Of a stretch of DNA of 64,000 nucleotides, positions 9,944-19,199 are shown in pieces. Origin of the DNA: an uncultured virus (IMG/VR IMGVR_UViG_3300013232_000195) (Duplodnaviria > Heunggongvirae > Uroviricota > Caudoviricetes); the IMG/VR virus record IMGVR_UViG_3300013232_000195; one strand, written 5' to 3'. The notes beneath the pieces were generated by a model. It was not told the DNA's origin, made no database searches, and saw only the letters and a list, made by a program, of their open reading frames with translations. A program made the position numbers and the translations under genes. Each line of letters opens with the position of its first letter. Position 1 is the first letter of the stretch.

Positions 9944-10261
9944 ATGAACAGTTTTGAGGCTCCAGTTCCATTCGTGACAGCCACAGAAGCAAGGGAAATG
10001 AGCGATGCTAGTGATGCCTCATTCAACAAGCTCATGGCTAAAATTGACGCTCATATTCGAAAGGTTGCTGCCACGGGAGAGCGCGAATTGTCCATTCACA
10101 CCCTTACACAAGGTAGGGAACGGGAATATCCAGAGCTGTGTCCCTTCAACAGTGAAAAGCCGAGCGTCATACAAGGCAAGCTGATTAAGGCATTGATAGG
10201 CGCTGGTTTCGGGGTAAAGCCTCCCATAGAGAACTGCCCGAAATTCATCATTCGCTGGTGA
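9944..10261 (+). CDS. hypothetical protein
   Basis: AAGGAG RBS before ATG 9944. Confidence 0.65.
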   Translation: MNSFEAPVPFVTATEAREMSDASDASFNKLMAKIDAHIRKVAATGERELSIHTLTQGREREYPELCPFNSEKPSVIQGKLIKALIGAGFGVKPPIENCPKFIIRW

Positions 10262-10272
10262 AAGGTGATCCA

Positions 10273-10503
10273 ATGACGAACCGAACAAACGCAGACATTG
10301 AGGCCAAAGCGGGCGACGACTTGATGTTCCATCGTTTCCTAGCCGTACTCATGGACTTGTCCAAGATGGACCGCGAAGAGATCATGGACGTCGAGGCCCG
10401 CTTACAGAAGTACCTCAGGAAGCAAGATCCATGCTGTGTCTGCTTCTCTCACAAGGCCGCAGAGGCATTCCTCAAATGCCTACGCGAAGCAGCCGACTAC
10501 TAG
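10273..10503 (+). CDS. hypothetical protein
   Basis: AAGGTG RBS. Confidence 0.55.
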   Translation: MTNRTNADIEAKAGDDLMFHRFLAVLMDLSKMDREEIMDVEARLQKYLRKQDPCCVCFSHKAAEAFLKCLREAADY

Positions 10504-10511
10504 GAGTTCAC

Positions 10512-11066
10512 ATGCTCGAACTCGTCAAGGGCGACATAACCGATCAAAACGTTGATTGCATCGTCAATGCTGCCCATGAGGCGCTCATGGGTGGAGGAGG
10601 CGTGGACGGCGCGATTCACCGTAAGGCTGGCCCTCAACTCCTCAGAGAATGCCGAGCAATCCCAGAGGTCACGAAGGGCGTTCGTTGTCCGATGGGTCAT
10701 GCTAGGATGACCCAAGGCTACAACTTGAAGGCCACATTCATCATTCATACCGTGGCCCCAGTGTACGTCGGATGGAAGAAGACCACGCCTGGCGTCCTCA
10801 AGCCGATCTACGGTAACTCCAAGGTAGGTACGGAGCAAGACCTCAGGAATTGCTACGCCAATTCCATGGAACTGGCCCAGACAAAGAACGTGATCCGTTC
10901 CATCGCCTTCCCATCGCTTGGGACTGGAGGACATGCCTATCCCATCGAACTGGCGTGTCCCATAGCCGTCGAGATGCTGAGGAAGTGGGAGAAGTACATG
11001 AACGTCATTCGTTTCGTGGCGTACGATGACCTTACCTACAACGAATTCAAGAAGGCAATGGGATGA
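10512..11066 (+). CDS. macrodomain protein (ADP-ribose binding/hydrolase, YmdB-like)
   Basis: GDIT, IVNAA, GGGGVDGAIH, IIHTV, AFPSLGTG motifs. Confidence 0.92.
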   Translation: MLELVKGDITDQNVDCIVNAAHEALMGGGGVDGAIHRKAGPQLLRECRAIPEVTKGVRCPMGHARMTQGYNLKATFIIHTVAPVYVGWKKTTPGVLKPIYGNSKVGTEQDLRNCYANSMELAQTKNVIRSIAFPSLGTGGHAYPIELACPIAVEMLRKWEKYMNVIRFVAYDDLTYNEFKKAMG

Positions 11067-11179
11067 TCGCTGTTAATCCAGAAGGTAAAAATGCTTGACA
11101 AAGAAAGGCTCTTGCACCAAAATATAGTTGCTGAGGCTCCAGATGAAGTGGAAGAGGAAGCCTAAGCAAAGGGAGCAAG

Positions 11180-12310
11180 ATGATCCGTTTCCTAGACACC
11201 TTTAGTGGCATTGGTGGGTTCAGGGTTGCCGCTACGCAAGCGGCAACCCTTGTCAAGACACCTCACTCGTTCGTCGCCAGCGTGGAGATCAACGCTAAGG
11301 CCCGCGCCATATACCAGAAGAACTTCGGCGACACGCCACTCCATGACATAACCAAAATAGACCCCGCCACCTTGCCAGACTTCGACATCATCTTGGGTGG
11401 CTTTCCTTGCCCTGTCTTCTCAAGGAACGGGAAGTACTTCAACAAAGGTAAAGTAGCCCCGCAAAACGATGACAGAACAGACCTCTTTAAGAACCTCGTT
11501 GATATCTTGCGCGTAAAGAAGCCAGCGGGGTTCGTCTTCGAGAATGTCAAAGAGATCAGCACAATTTTGCACTATTCTGGAAAGATCATGAAGGATCATG
11601 TGCAAGACTCGATCCAGGAACTCGGGTATTCCGTGGTCTGTCAGACATATGACTCAAAGGATTTTGGTCTCGCCCAACAAAGAAAACGAGTCTATTTCTA
11701 TGGCTTCAAAGACGGTACATACCCGTTTGAATTTGTGAACAATCCAGATGACAAAGCCTACGTCATGGACGTGATGGACGAAGATGCTGATCCGAAACTA
11801 CTTTTAACAAACGCATGGGCCAAAAGAAAAGGTGGCTCTCCTCTTGCCCTTGCTGAAAAAATAGAAAAGTCCTTGGGGCAGTATGCGCTTCCTAAATTAG
11901 TAAAGGCTTTTAAGTCTGCTGGCGACAGAGTCGTTTCTAGGCTTGAACTTCTAAGTCTGGCTTCCAAGTCTGGCCAATGGCCAGAACCAATGCAAACAGC
12001 CAGTGTGGTATGGCCACTGGCCGTGCTCTACGGCATGACACCTAGCGCTGGGCCTAGGCAACAAGACAAGGTGTATAGCAGGAAGGGTATCTCCCCAACA
12101 CTGGCCACATTCTCCACCCCCGCCTTTGATCATCCTAAAGGCTGGCGCATTCTTTCTCCTCGTGAGTGCGCCAGGCTTCAAGGATTCCCAGACTCCTTCA
12201 TACTTCCAAGCAGCAAGGCGGATGCCTACCGTATGATAGGCAACGCGGTGTCCGTGGGAGTTGCCAAACACGTCATAGCGTTTATGTTGCGTTCGATTTT
12301 AGATTGTTGA
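11180..12310 (+). CDS. DNA (cytosine-5)-methyltransferase
   Basis: Motifs FSGIGG, GGFPC, ENV, QQRKR, LSPRECARLQGFP, GNAV. Confidence 0.95.
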   Translation: MIRFLDTFSGIGGFRVAATQAATLVKTPHSFVASVEINAKARAIYQKNFGDTPLHDITKIDPATLPDFDIILGGFPCPVFSRNGKYFNKGKVAPQNDDRTDLFKNLVDILRVKKPAGFVFENVKEISTILHYSGKIMKDHVQDSIQELGYSVVCQTYDSKDFGLAQQRKRVYFYGFKDGTYPFEFVNNPDDKAYVMDVMDEDADPKLLLTNAWAKRKGGSPLALAEKIEKSLGQYALPKLVKAFKSAGDRVVSRLELLSLASKSGQWPEPMQTASVVWPLAVLYGMTPSAGPRQQDKVYSRKGISPTLATFSTPAFDHPKGWRILSPRECARLQGFPDSFILPSSKADAYRMIGNAVSVGVAKHVIAFMLRSILDC

Positions 12311-12334
12311 TCGTGCCTATAAGCATGGTATGCT
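12307..12334 (+). promoter_or_regulatory. GTGCC-class promoter
   Basis: TTGATC-GTGCC..(16bp)-TGG-TATGCT. Confidence 0.7.
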
Positions 12335-12354
12335 AAATATCAGAGGAGAAAGTC

Positions 12355-12597
12355 ATGCCGAAACCAAGCGCCATGGACTTGATCAAAGACAAGAACTACT
12401 ATCCCCTTACGGGATGGCGTCGTAAGGAAGGTGACGACGATCTCGTCTGGAGCATCCCTACTGGCGACTGCGTGGACGCGCATTTCTCGGACTGTGTCCA
12501 GCGCCTTCTTAACCGCGTCTACCAAGAAGGTTTGAAGGATGGGCAAGAGCGCGTTCGATCGGCCATCCGCAAGGCCATGGGAGAAAAGACAGTATAA
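12355..12597 (+). CDS. hypothetical protein
   Basis: GAGGAG RBS. Confidence 0.65.
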   Translation: MPKPSAMDLIKDKNYYPLTGWRRKEGDDDLVWSIPTGDCVDAHFSDCVQRLLNRVYQEGLKDGQERVRSAIRKAMGEKTV

Positions 12598-12602
12598 TTA
12601 TT

Positions 12603-12678
12603 GGGAGCGTAGCTCAATAGGCAGAGCACTTGGCCCTAACCCAAGATGTTGCGGGTTCAACTCCCGTCGCTCCCTCCA
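12603..12678 (+). tRNA. tRNA with CUA anticodon (putative amber suppressor)
   Basis: Full cloverleaf GGGAGCG/CGCTCCC, GCTC/GAGC, CTTGG-CCCTAAC-CCAAG, GCGGG-TTCAACT-CCCGT, T73+CCA; C instead of U at 33. Confidence 0.85.
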
Positions 12679-12755
12679 ATATCGAGCAGGAAGACGTTCG
12701 GCCTAAGATGTATCCATTGATAGCTCCCGCCTAGTATCATTCGTTAGGAGATTCA

Positions 12756-13727
12756 ATGGCGACGTCCCCTGGTACAAGAACCGCTCCAGTCGGTTATATC
12801 GGTTACGGAACCGTGTTCGGTTACGTAGTCCGTGGCGTCAACTTTAATGTCAAGGCTCACCAGCAGATCTATCATGGTGACCCAGTTTCCAATGCCGTTG
12901 ACCAGCCTGTTTATCACGTCGGTCCCCTTGAGGTAGAGGGAGATGTTTCTTGGCCGCTAACTATGGGAACCAACTCCGCGACAAGCGATATCGCAAAGAT
13001 GGCCATCGAACGAGTCGGAGCTGGAGGAATAGGAACAAGAAAAACACTTAATACTGGAAGCATAACCGCTTTCTTCCCACCAGCAAGCGGATACGAAGCC
13101 TATTCAAGAACAGCCAATAATTGCATGATCAACCGTTTGTCCTATAAGGGCAATGCTGGGGAACGTATTGAGGCCACCATCAACGTCATTGGATTGTCAA
13201 TAACAGAGAAAGTTGGAGACTCAACGCAACAGTCCGTAGACATGGACCGCATCATGACATGGGATGATGTGTGGATAACATTTGGCGACGAGGTGTCTGG
13301 TGAAATAAAGCAATCTGGAATGGGAGACTCAGATGGGTGCGTAATCAAAGAATTCTCCCTAGAAATAAACAACAATATAACCAGGGCAAACACGTACTGC
13401 TGGCCATCCACGATGAAGGGGACCGACATCACCGCGACAGCACTAATACTTGGAAGACGCCAGGTATCTGGTTCTTTTACCTTCATCGGATCGTCCCCCA
13501 CGCAGAAAGTAGCCATTAACAACATATTGAGAACGTCCACGGGTGAGTACATGATGATGTCACTTGGTAGTGGTTCTACGATATTCGTTAACGGAATAAC
13601 ATATGAACTACAGCAAATCGACCTAACTTCTGGCGTCATCTACGGCAGAGTCTCCTTCACCGCCCATGGTGGAATAGCTGGTGGCGGAACCGATACTTTC
13701 CGTCAAGACAGCATAAGCGTTTCGTAG
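12756..13727 (+). CDS. putative phage tail tube protein
   Basis: Beta-rich 323 aa with EFSLEINNN...GRRQVSGSFT pattern typical of tail tube proteins; AGGAG RBS. Confidence 0.6.
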   Translation: MATSPGTRTAPVGYIGYGTVFGYVVRGVNFNVKAHQQIYHGDPVSNAVDQPVYHVGPLEVEGDVSWPLTMGTNSATSDIAKMAIERVGAGGIGTRKTLNTGSITAFFPPASGYEAYSRTANNCMINRLSYKGNAGERIEATINVIGLSITEKVGDSTQQSVDMDRIMTWDDVWITFGDEVSGEIKQSGMGDSDGCVIKEFSLEINNNITRANTYCWPSTMKGTDITATALILGRRQVSGSFTFIGSSPTQKVAINNILRTSTGEYMMMSLGSGSTIFVNGITYELQQIDLTSGVIYGRVSFTAHGGIAGGGTDTFRQDSISVS

Positions 13728-13734
13728 ATAGCCC

Positions 13735-13762
13735 TTGATCGTGCCGAACTTCGTGGTATCCT
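13735..13762 (+). promoter_or_regulatory. GTGCC-class promoter
   Basis: TTGATC-GTGCC..(16bp)-TGG-TATCCT. Confidence 0.7.
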
Positions 13763-13806
13763 CCTCTTGAATCCCTCCCATGACGGGAGGTCAAGGAGGA
13801 TCATCC

Positions 13807-14625
13807 GTGAAGATCAGAGACGGCCACGTCAGCAACAGCTCCAGCTCAAGCTTCATCGTCGCGTTCCCGCGCAAGCCAAAGTCCGCCAAGGACGTACTCG
13901 AGTTCATGTTTAATGGCAAGGAAGGCGGCGTCGGATGCGATTACATTGACGACGGTCTTTCCTATCGCCAGGTCGCCGAGCGCGTCTGGAACGACATCAG
14001 CCTCAAGAACGCCGCGAATGGGACTCCCGCCCAGATTATCGAGGAGATGAGCGGACGGTACCACTACAGCTCCAATCGAGGCGGTGGCGGGACGTTCTGG
14101 ATGAACGGACACGTGGACGAGGACGGGGGAAGCTGGCCCCAAGACAGGAATCGTTACTTCGGCTACGACGAAAAACTCCTCAACGAGTTCAAGCAACACG
14201 TCATCGACTCGGAAGACGAAGATAAAAAGCTGCAAGAAGAGGAACACAAGATCCTCGGGAAGCTCAAGGCCCCCAAAGCCAAGTACGCCTACGAGGGCGG
14301 CAAAGACGTCTTCACCAAGCAGCCATTCACCAAGGCTGAAATCAAGGCCCATGAAGCCTATCAGGAGGCCCTCAAACAGTTCAGAGAGACCAATCCCGAG
14401 TACCTCGCCTGGCAGAAGAAACAACGGGCCTTTTGGGACAAGAAGTGGAAGAAAGATCAGGCCTTGCGAGACAAAATTGCCAAGGTCGACGCCCAGAACT
14501 TCCTTGATGACAACAAGGGGAAGTTCATTTTCATCGTCAGCTATGCCGATGACGGTGGCGAGGCCGTCATGGAACATGGCCGTATCTTCCGCAACGTCCC
14601 CCATGTCGTGGTCAATCACCACTAG
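13807..14625 (+). CDS. conserved hypothetical protein (MKIR..VSNSSSSSF N-terminus)
   Basis: AAGGAGG RBS + GTG; N-terminal motif I recognise from phage hypothetical proteins. Confidence 0.75.
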   Translation: MKIRDGHVSNSSSSSFIVAFPRKPKSAKDVLEFMFNGKEGGVGCDYIDDGLSYRQVAERVWNDISLKNAANGTPAQIIEEMSGRYHYSSNRGGGGTFWMNGHVDEDGGSWPQDRNRYFGYDEKLLNEFKQHVIDSEDEDKKLQEEEHKILGKLKAPKAKYAYEGGKDVFTKQPFTKAEIKAHEAYQEALKQFRETNPEYLAWQKKQRAFWDKKWKKDQALRDKIAKVDAQNFLDDNKGKFIFIVSYADDGGEAVMEHGRIFRNVPHVVVNHH

Positions 14626-14689
14626 GAGCGCAACGTGTCTCGGAAGTTGAGGTACTTCAAGTGTGGTGAGCTATGGGAGGTCTATAGCC

Positions 14690-15310
14690 ATGCTGAGTAC
14701 AAGAGAAAAGACAGAGGTAAAGCGTACCATCGAAGACATCCTGAGGATGTACGAGCCTGAGAACCGTGAGCGCCTCCGTCGCATGGCCCGTAAGTCCATC
14801 ATCGCGTACAAGGTCCTCTGCTACATCAACGGAGAAGGCCCGTTCTCCTCGAACTCGGCATGCGAACCCATGAGCGGTCTGCGCAGGTTCATCGTCAAGT
14901 ATAACTTCCGCGAGCCTACCTTCCCCAGAAGCAAGAAGAGGAGGCTCTTCTGCGTCCTCAATGTTGACCAGGCAAGAAGCTTCAAGCAAGTCGTCGCGGA
15001 CTCTGCCAAGCCAGAGATAGGAACGTGCAAGGTAGTCATCCACCGATGCATCGCCCATAATCCAGTGATGATCGAACAAAGGGCGGCCCAAGCGAAAGAC
15101 TTCGAGTTGTTCTGGGAAAGGTTCTACTTCGACAACTACCCGCGTGGAGAGTACAACGAATACAACTACATCAAAAACCTGCCCTCTGGCAGAGACGCCT
15201 GGAGCCTCAAGATGAGGACGCTCTATACCCTCCGCGCTCCAGAAGGAACCTTGGTGGCTACGGCCATCACCTTGTTGGAGGAGATCGACGCTGAAGGAGT
15301 ACCAACATAA
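14690..15310 (+). CDS. hypothetical protein
   Basis: GGGAGG RBS. Confidence 0.65.
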   Translation: MLSTREKTEVKRTIEDILRMYEPENRERLRRMARKSIIAYKVLCYINGEGPFSSNSACEPMSGLRRFIVKYNFREPTFPRSKKRRLFCVLNVDQARSFKQVVADSAKPEIGTCKVVIHRCIAHNPVMIEQRAAQAKDFELFWERFYFDNYPRGEYNEYNYIKNLPSGRDAWSLKMRTLYTLRAPEGTLVATAITLLEEIDAEGVPT

Positions 15311-15615
15311 TGGACTACAAATTGATCGCCAACTTGCAAAACAAGAGCCTCAAGGATTTCGGCTCCCAAGATACACTCTACGTTCGTAAAACGGAAAGGG
15401 GATACTCCTTCCATTACCTCTGCCAGTTCGTCAAGATGGAGCGTGGAGTCGTCCACGTAAGGGTCATCAAGTCCACGGACGGAATCGGCATGCGTGACAT
15501 CGACATCCCAAAAACCTTGACCGTCAAATCTTGCAACTGCTACTTGTGGGGCAAAGATGCCGACGATGACAAGTGGGAACGCTGCCACTGGTGGAGAAAT
15601 GGCGTGTGGAAGTAG
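15310..15615 (+). CDS. hypothetical protein
   Basis: TAATG overlap, AAGGAG RBS. Confidence 0.65.
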   Translation: MDYKLIANLQNKSLKDFGSQDTLYVRKTERGYSFHYLCQFVKMERGVVHVRVIKSTDGIGMRDIDIPKTLTVKSCNCYLWGKDADDDKWERCHWWRNGVWK

Positions 15616-15620
15616 CCCAC

Positions 15621-15648
15621 TTGATCGTGCCACCGGACATGGTATTCT
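15621..15648 (+). promoter_or_regulatory. GTGCC-class promoter
   Basis: TTGATC-GTGCC..(16bp)-TGG-TATTCT. Confidence 0.7.
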
Positions 15649-15665
15649 TATCACGGAGGTAGGAC

Positions 15666-15935
15666 ATGAGAAAAAAGGCTCCGAGAATTCCCAACAAGAA
15701 GGCTTACGCCATGCTGAAGGCCGCCCTTCATGGCTTCGAGACGGATGGGGACAACCTCACCTATCGTAAGAGCAGCGAGCAAGTTTCAGTTGGGATCTGT
15801 CGCGGCGGAAAGATCAGCGTCATCCAGCGCTGCTTCCCCATGAGCGAGGGCTGGTCGATCTCAGAGTTCGGTTGCACCAAGAGCGGCATCAAGAACGCCA
15901 TCAGACGAGCCAAAGCGGAGGCTGGAATCTCATGA
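15666..15935 (+). CDS. hypothetical protein
   Basis: GGAGGT RBS. Confidence 0.65.
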   Translation: MRKKAPRIPNKKAYAMLKAALHGFETDGDNLTYRKSSEQVSVGICRGGKISVIQRCFPMSEGWSISEFGCTKSGIKNAIRRAKAEAGIS

Positions 15936-16300
15936 AGAAGGTGAAACTTGGCAATGACACCAAGCGCTTGCTGCGCCAAGCCAAGGAGGATAGTTGCGGA
16001 TCTACATCAGTCGGTGGATGGCCGAATCTGGGCTTGTCGAAGAAGACGTGGCTCCGCGAAGACATCAAGGTCTCTGGCGAGGGCGACTTTCCGTTGAAGA
16101 TGCTCTGGCTCTTCCAGTACTTCCCCAAAGGCCAGCTTGCTGTCAACGCTCTGACGATGACCAGCCATCGCGTCGTCTACCTCACGAGGTACTCTTGTCC
16201 GCTCTCCGAGGAGGCGAACGAGGCCTACAATAAAGCCGAGAACAAAACGTGGAAGCTGGCGGGATGGGAAGTCATCGAGCGCAAAGCCGAGAAACTGTAA
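15932..16300 (+). CDS. hypothetical protein
   Basis: ATGA overlap. Confidence 0.6.
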   Translation: MKKVKLGNDTKRLLRQAKEDSCGSTSVGGWPNLGLSKKTWLREDIKVSGEGDFPLKMLWLFQYFPKGQLAVNALTMTSHRVVYLTRYSCPLSEEANEAYNKAENKTWKLAGWEVIERKAEKL

Positions 16301-16319
16301 ACCAGAAAGGGAATGAAAG

Positions 16320-16841
16320 ATGAACACGAAGGGCGTTCTGTTAGGGTTGGGAATGGTTCTGCTGGGGGCATTGCTGCTGGCGGCTCCAGTTAGCTCCAGT
16401 CTAAGCTTCTCTTGGAACTGCGAGGAATACCTGAAGAGGGCCGCAGACTCGGCCTCCCCTGAAAAATGCGGCGAGGAACTGGACAAGGCAATCGCATACG
16501 CGAAGGACAATAACTTGACGAAAGGAAACACTGGTATCTTCTTCAAGACCCCGTCTTGCGACGTCAAGTTCTGGTTCGAGAACCTGGAGAAGGCCCGCGA
16601 AGCCCTCAAGGAAGTCGAGTCCTCTGGAAAAGAGTCCACGGTGACCGCCATGGAGAAGAGCAACGTCCTCATGCGAGTCAGGGAAACTCTTCTGGACAGC
16701 GCCAACAAGGGCGTCGAGGTCACGCTGCCTCCGAGGATTGAGCTTTACCCGCATGTGTTGATGTTGTCGGTACTTTTCTGGGTAGGGATAATCATCGGGG
16801 GCATTGGCTTGCTAATCGTCATGGTTTGCCTTAAGGATTGA
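16320..16841 (+). CDS. membrane protein
   Basis: N- and C-terminal hydrophobic helices. Confidence 0.7.
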   Translation: MNTKGVLLGLGMVLLGALLLAAPVSSSLSFSWNCEEYLKRAADSASPEKCGEELDKAIAYAKDNNLTKGNTGIFFKTPSCDVKFWFENLEKAREALKEVESSGKESTVTAMEKSNVLMRVRETLLDSANKGVEVTLPPRIELYPHVLMLSVLFWVGIIIGGIGLLIVMVCLKD

Positions 16842-16847
16842 CCTCGC

Positions 16848-17078
16848 TTGAAAAACTCTGTTCATACCGTACACGGCCAGAACCAGATCCTCACCGTCAC
16901 CCGACATTCAAGGAGGATGCGGCCACGATGCCGCATATGGACGCTTCAGATCGGCAAGCAGACGTACCGTTGCAGTAGCTTGAATCTAGCCCTCAACCTT
17001 GCCAATTTGTACTTCATTGACAAAGCCTCATGGCAAACTTTGATGGCAAAACGAGCTAAAGACATTGCATTAGAATGA
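16848..17078 (+). CDS. hypothetical protein flanked by 17-bp direct repeats
   Basis: ORF between GATTGACCTCGCTTGAA copies at 16836 and 17077. Confidence 0.4.
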   Translation: MKNSVHTVHGQNQILTVTRHSRRMRPRCRIWTLQIGKQTYRCSSLNLALNLANLYFIDKASWQTLMAKRAKDIALE

Positions 17079-17088
17079 TTGACCTCGC

Positions 17089-17116
17089 TTGAACGTGCCA
17101 AAGACCATGGTACAGT
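17089..17116 (+). promoter_or_regulatory. GTGCC-class promoter
   Basis: TTGAAC-GTGCC..(16bp)-TGG-TACAGT. Confidence 0.65.
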
Positions 17117-17142
17117 CAAGCATGGAAGCAAGGAGATGTACC

Positions 17143-17376
17143 ATGACCGAGGAGCGCCGCCGCAAGATCGTAGACGACTTCATCAGAGACCGCAAGATCC
17201 CTTGCCATCATCGCGAGTGGTTCGCCTCGGTTGCCCACAGCTTGGGCAACAGTTGTGGAACCATCTCCTTGCGTGACTTGGACATCCTTTGGGAAGGTTT
17301 CAAGTCTGGGATCGTGTCTCAAGTCGAGTTCGTTGTGAACTCTTGGCAGCATATGTCACAGAAGGAGAAGCGCTAG
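17143..17376 (+). CDS. hypothetical protein
   Basis: AAGGAG RBS. Confidence 0.6.
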   Translation: MTEERRRKIVDDFIRDRKIPCHHREWFASVAHSLGNSCGTISLRDLDILWEGFKSGIVSQVEFVVNSWQHMSQKEKR

Positions 17377-17972
17377 TGATCCCCATGGTCATCCCCAAGA
17401 GGGTTCTCAGCGAGGCCCGACAAGCCCTGAAGAAGTACCTCAAGGCCAACTACGAGGACGAGCCACTGAACCATCCCATGGGGCCTCCAGACATCAAGTG
17501 GAACCCAGAGCATTTCAAGATCAATAGGGAATGCGTCAACAAGTTCTGGGAAATCATGCTGAACGAGCATGTCGTCGCCAAACACCCGTACGGCGGGTAC
17601 ATGCATCCACGCTTCCAGTTCTCCGACCATCCCTCCGTGGCCGAGGTCAAGCAGAACGTCCTTGCCGAGTTGAAGCATGTCACGGACCCGAACGACGAGA
17701 TGGGCGAACCAACTCCCAAGGTCGTTTACGACTTCGCCATCGGCGATAAAAACCTCCGCGACCAAGCGGTCGAGTTGTTTCATCAATGGCTCCATAAACA
17801 TGGAACAGGTTTCAGCGATGAATTTGTTGACCCCTCTTCTGGTCAGCGCATCCTCATCTCGAGCGATCGTCCCTTGTGGGTTCGCTTCATGAGCGAGATC
17901 GACAACCCTGTCCCCGACTTGGCATACCGAGCGAGTCTGCGCTCCCAGTTGATAGGAGAAGACTTGCCATGA
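17376..17972 (+). CDS. hypothetical protein
   Basis: AAGGAG RBS + GTG. Confidence 0.65.
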   Translation: MIPMVIPKRVLSEARQALKKYLKANYEDEPLNHPMGPPDIKWNPEHFKINRECVNKFWEIMLNEHVVAKHPYGGYMHPRFQFSDHPSVAEVKQNVLAELKHVTDPNDEMGEPTPKVVYDFAIGDKNLRDQAVELFHQWLHKHGTGFSDEFVDPSSGQRILISSDRPLWVRFMSEIDNPVPDLAYRASLRSQLIGEDLP

Positions 17973-18247
17973 AGCGGCCTGTCTACTTGTACGTCTTCGA
18001 GCATGAGACTGATTTCATGTCTCTGGACGAGCCGACGCAGCATGACATTGTCTGCGTCGAGAATGGCCTCCTCGTGATCTACAAGATCTGCGGAGAGGCT
18101 GTCTCTACGCTCTGCATGAATGGTGTAACTGGCGCGACCTGGGAATGGGTCAAGGTCGAGAAGGGAAGGCTGATTCCTCCGCCTCCTGAACTCAAGGAGC
18201 TTGGGCCGTACCACGGCCTAAAGTCTCATGGAGGAGTCCAAACATGA
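17969..18247 (+). CDS. hypothetical protein
   Basis: ATGA overlap. Confidence 0.6.
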   Translation: MKRPVYLYVFEHETDFMSLDEPTQHDIVCVENGLLVIYKICGEAVSTLCMNGVTGATWEWVKVEKGRLIPPPPELKELGPYHGLKSHGGVQT

Positions 18248-18675
18248 AAGCCAACCCAACGAAGAAATACTACAAGATCGTATTCTTTCACGGTAAGTCA
18301 AGACTATCCTACTGCTTGATGCCGCACAACATCAGGGTTCACTACAAGCTTGGTAAGTGGGTCAAGCCAAAAATCGCGAACTCAAGACTATTCGTCTTCG
18401 ACTCCCTTGATGCCCCGCTAATTAAAAACGTGAGGAAAGGCTGTGGCTGTGGCTGTGAGTATTACGAGATCTACGAGTGTGAAATCAAAAATCCAGATAT
18501 GTCTCCTATGGTACTGAGACTCTCCAAGATCGACACCGAGAATGTCATGAACTTCTGGAGGGCCAAGAAGACGGGCGAGGACGACAACAAGCCTTGGCCG
18601 CGCTCCTATGACCCAGCCCCGCTTGGCACGGTTACGGCCTCAGCCGTCAAGCTAACCAAAAGGATCTACCCATGA
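18244..18675 (+). CDS. hypothetical protein
   Basis: ATGA overlap. Confidence 0.65.
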   Translation: MKANPTKKYYKIVFFHGKSRLSYCLMPHNIRVHYKLGKWVKPKIANSRLFVFDSLDAPLIKNVRKGCGCGCEYYEIYECEIKNPDMSPMVLRLSKIDTENVMNFWRAKKTGEDDNKPWPRSYDPAPLGTVTASAVKLTKRIYP

Positions 18676-19199
18676 CCAAGGTTTCCCTCTACGACCTCCC
18701 GACTCCCGTCCTCATCATCAAGAAGCCAACGGGAGTCATCTACTACAACCAAGTCGGTGGCTGCGGATGCTACCACAAGGAGCAAGAAGGCTACATCATC
18801 CCTTTGTGGGGCATCGACCCCATGGAACACAGAACCTTCAACCACCATGTCTGGTATGCCACCTACCACGCCGCTATTCCGTACGTCCTGACGAAGCCCG
18901 AAGTCCCCTTCCCTGGATTTGAAGCGGCCAGAGAAGAAAGACAAGAATGGCATGACCAGATGTGGTGGAACGAGGTCGTCGAAACCATCGAGGGCATGCG
19001 CGGAGGATACCCTAAAGCCCGCGACTTCATCCGCATGAAGGTCAAGAAGGAAGTCGGACACTACGAGGCATGGGTCGAGGTCAGGGCATTGATCCATACA
19101 AAGATGCATGATTGGTCTCCCATCCTAAAGACTGGAACCAAACGCGCCGATTGCAAGGAGTGGGTTGATGCCATCTTGACGTGGCAGAACTGCGATTAG
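18672..19199 (+). CDS. conserved hypothetical protein (DUF6210-like)
   Basis: TGVIYYNQVGG..C.H...EG..IPL and LTWQNCD motifs, recalled from memory. Confidence 0.55.
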   Translation: MTKVSLYDLPTPVLIIKKPTGVIYYNQVGGCGCYHKEQEGYIIPLWGIDPMEHRTFNHHVWYATYHAAIPYVLTKPEVPFPGFEAAREERQEWHDQMWWNEVVETIEGMRGGYPKARDFIRMKVKKEVGHYEAWVEVRALIHTKMHDWSPILKTGTKRADCKEWVDAILTWQNCD

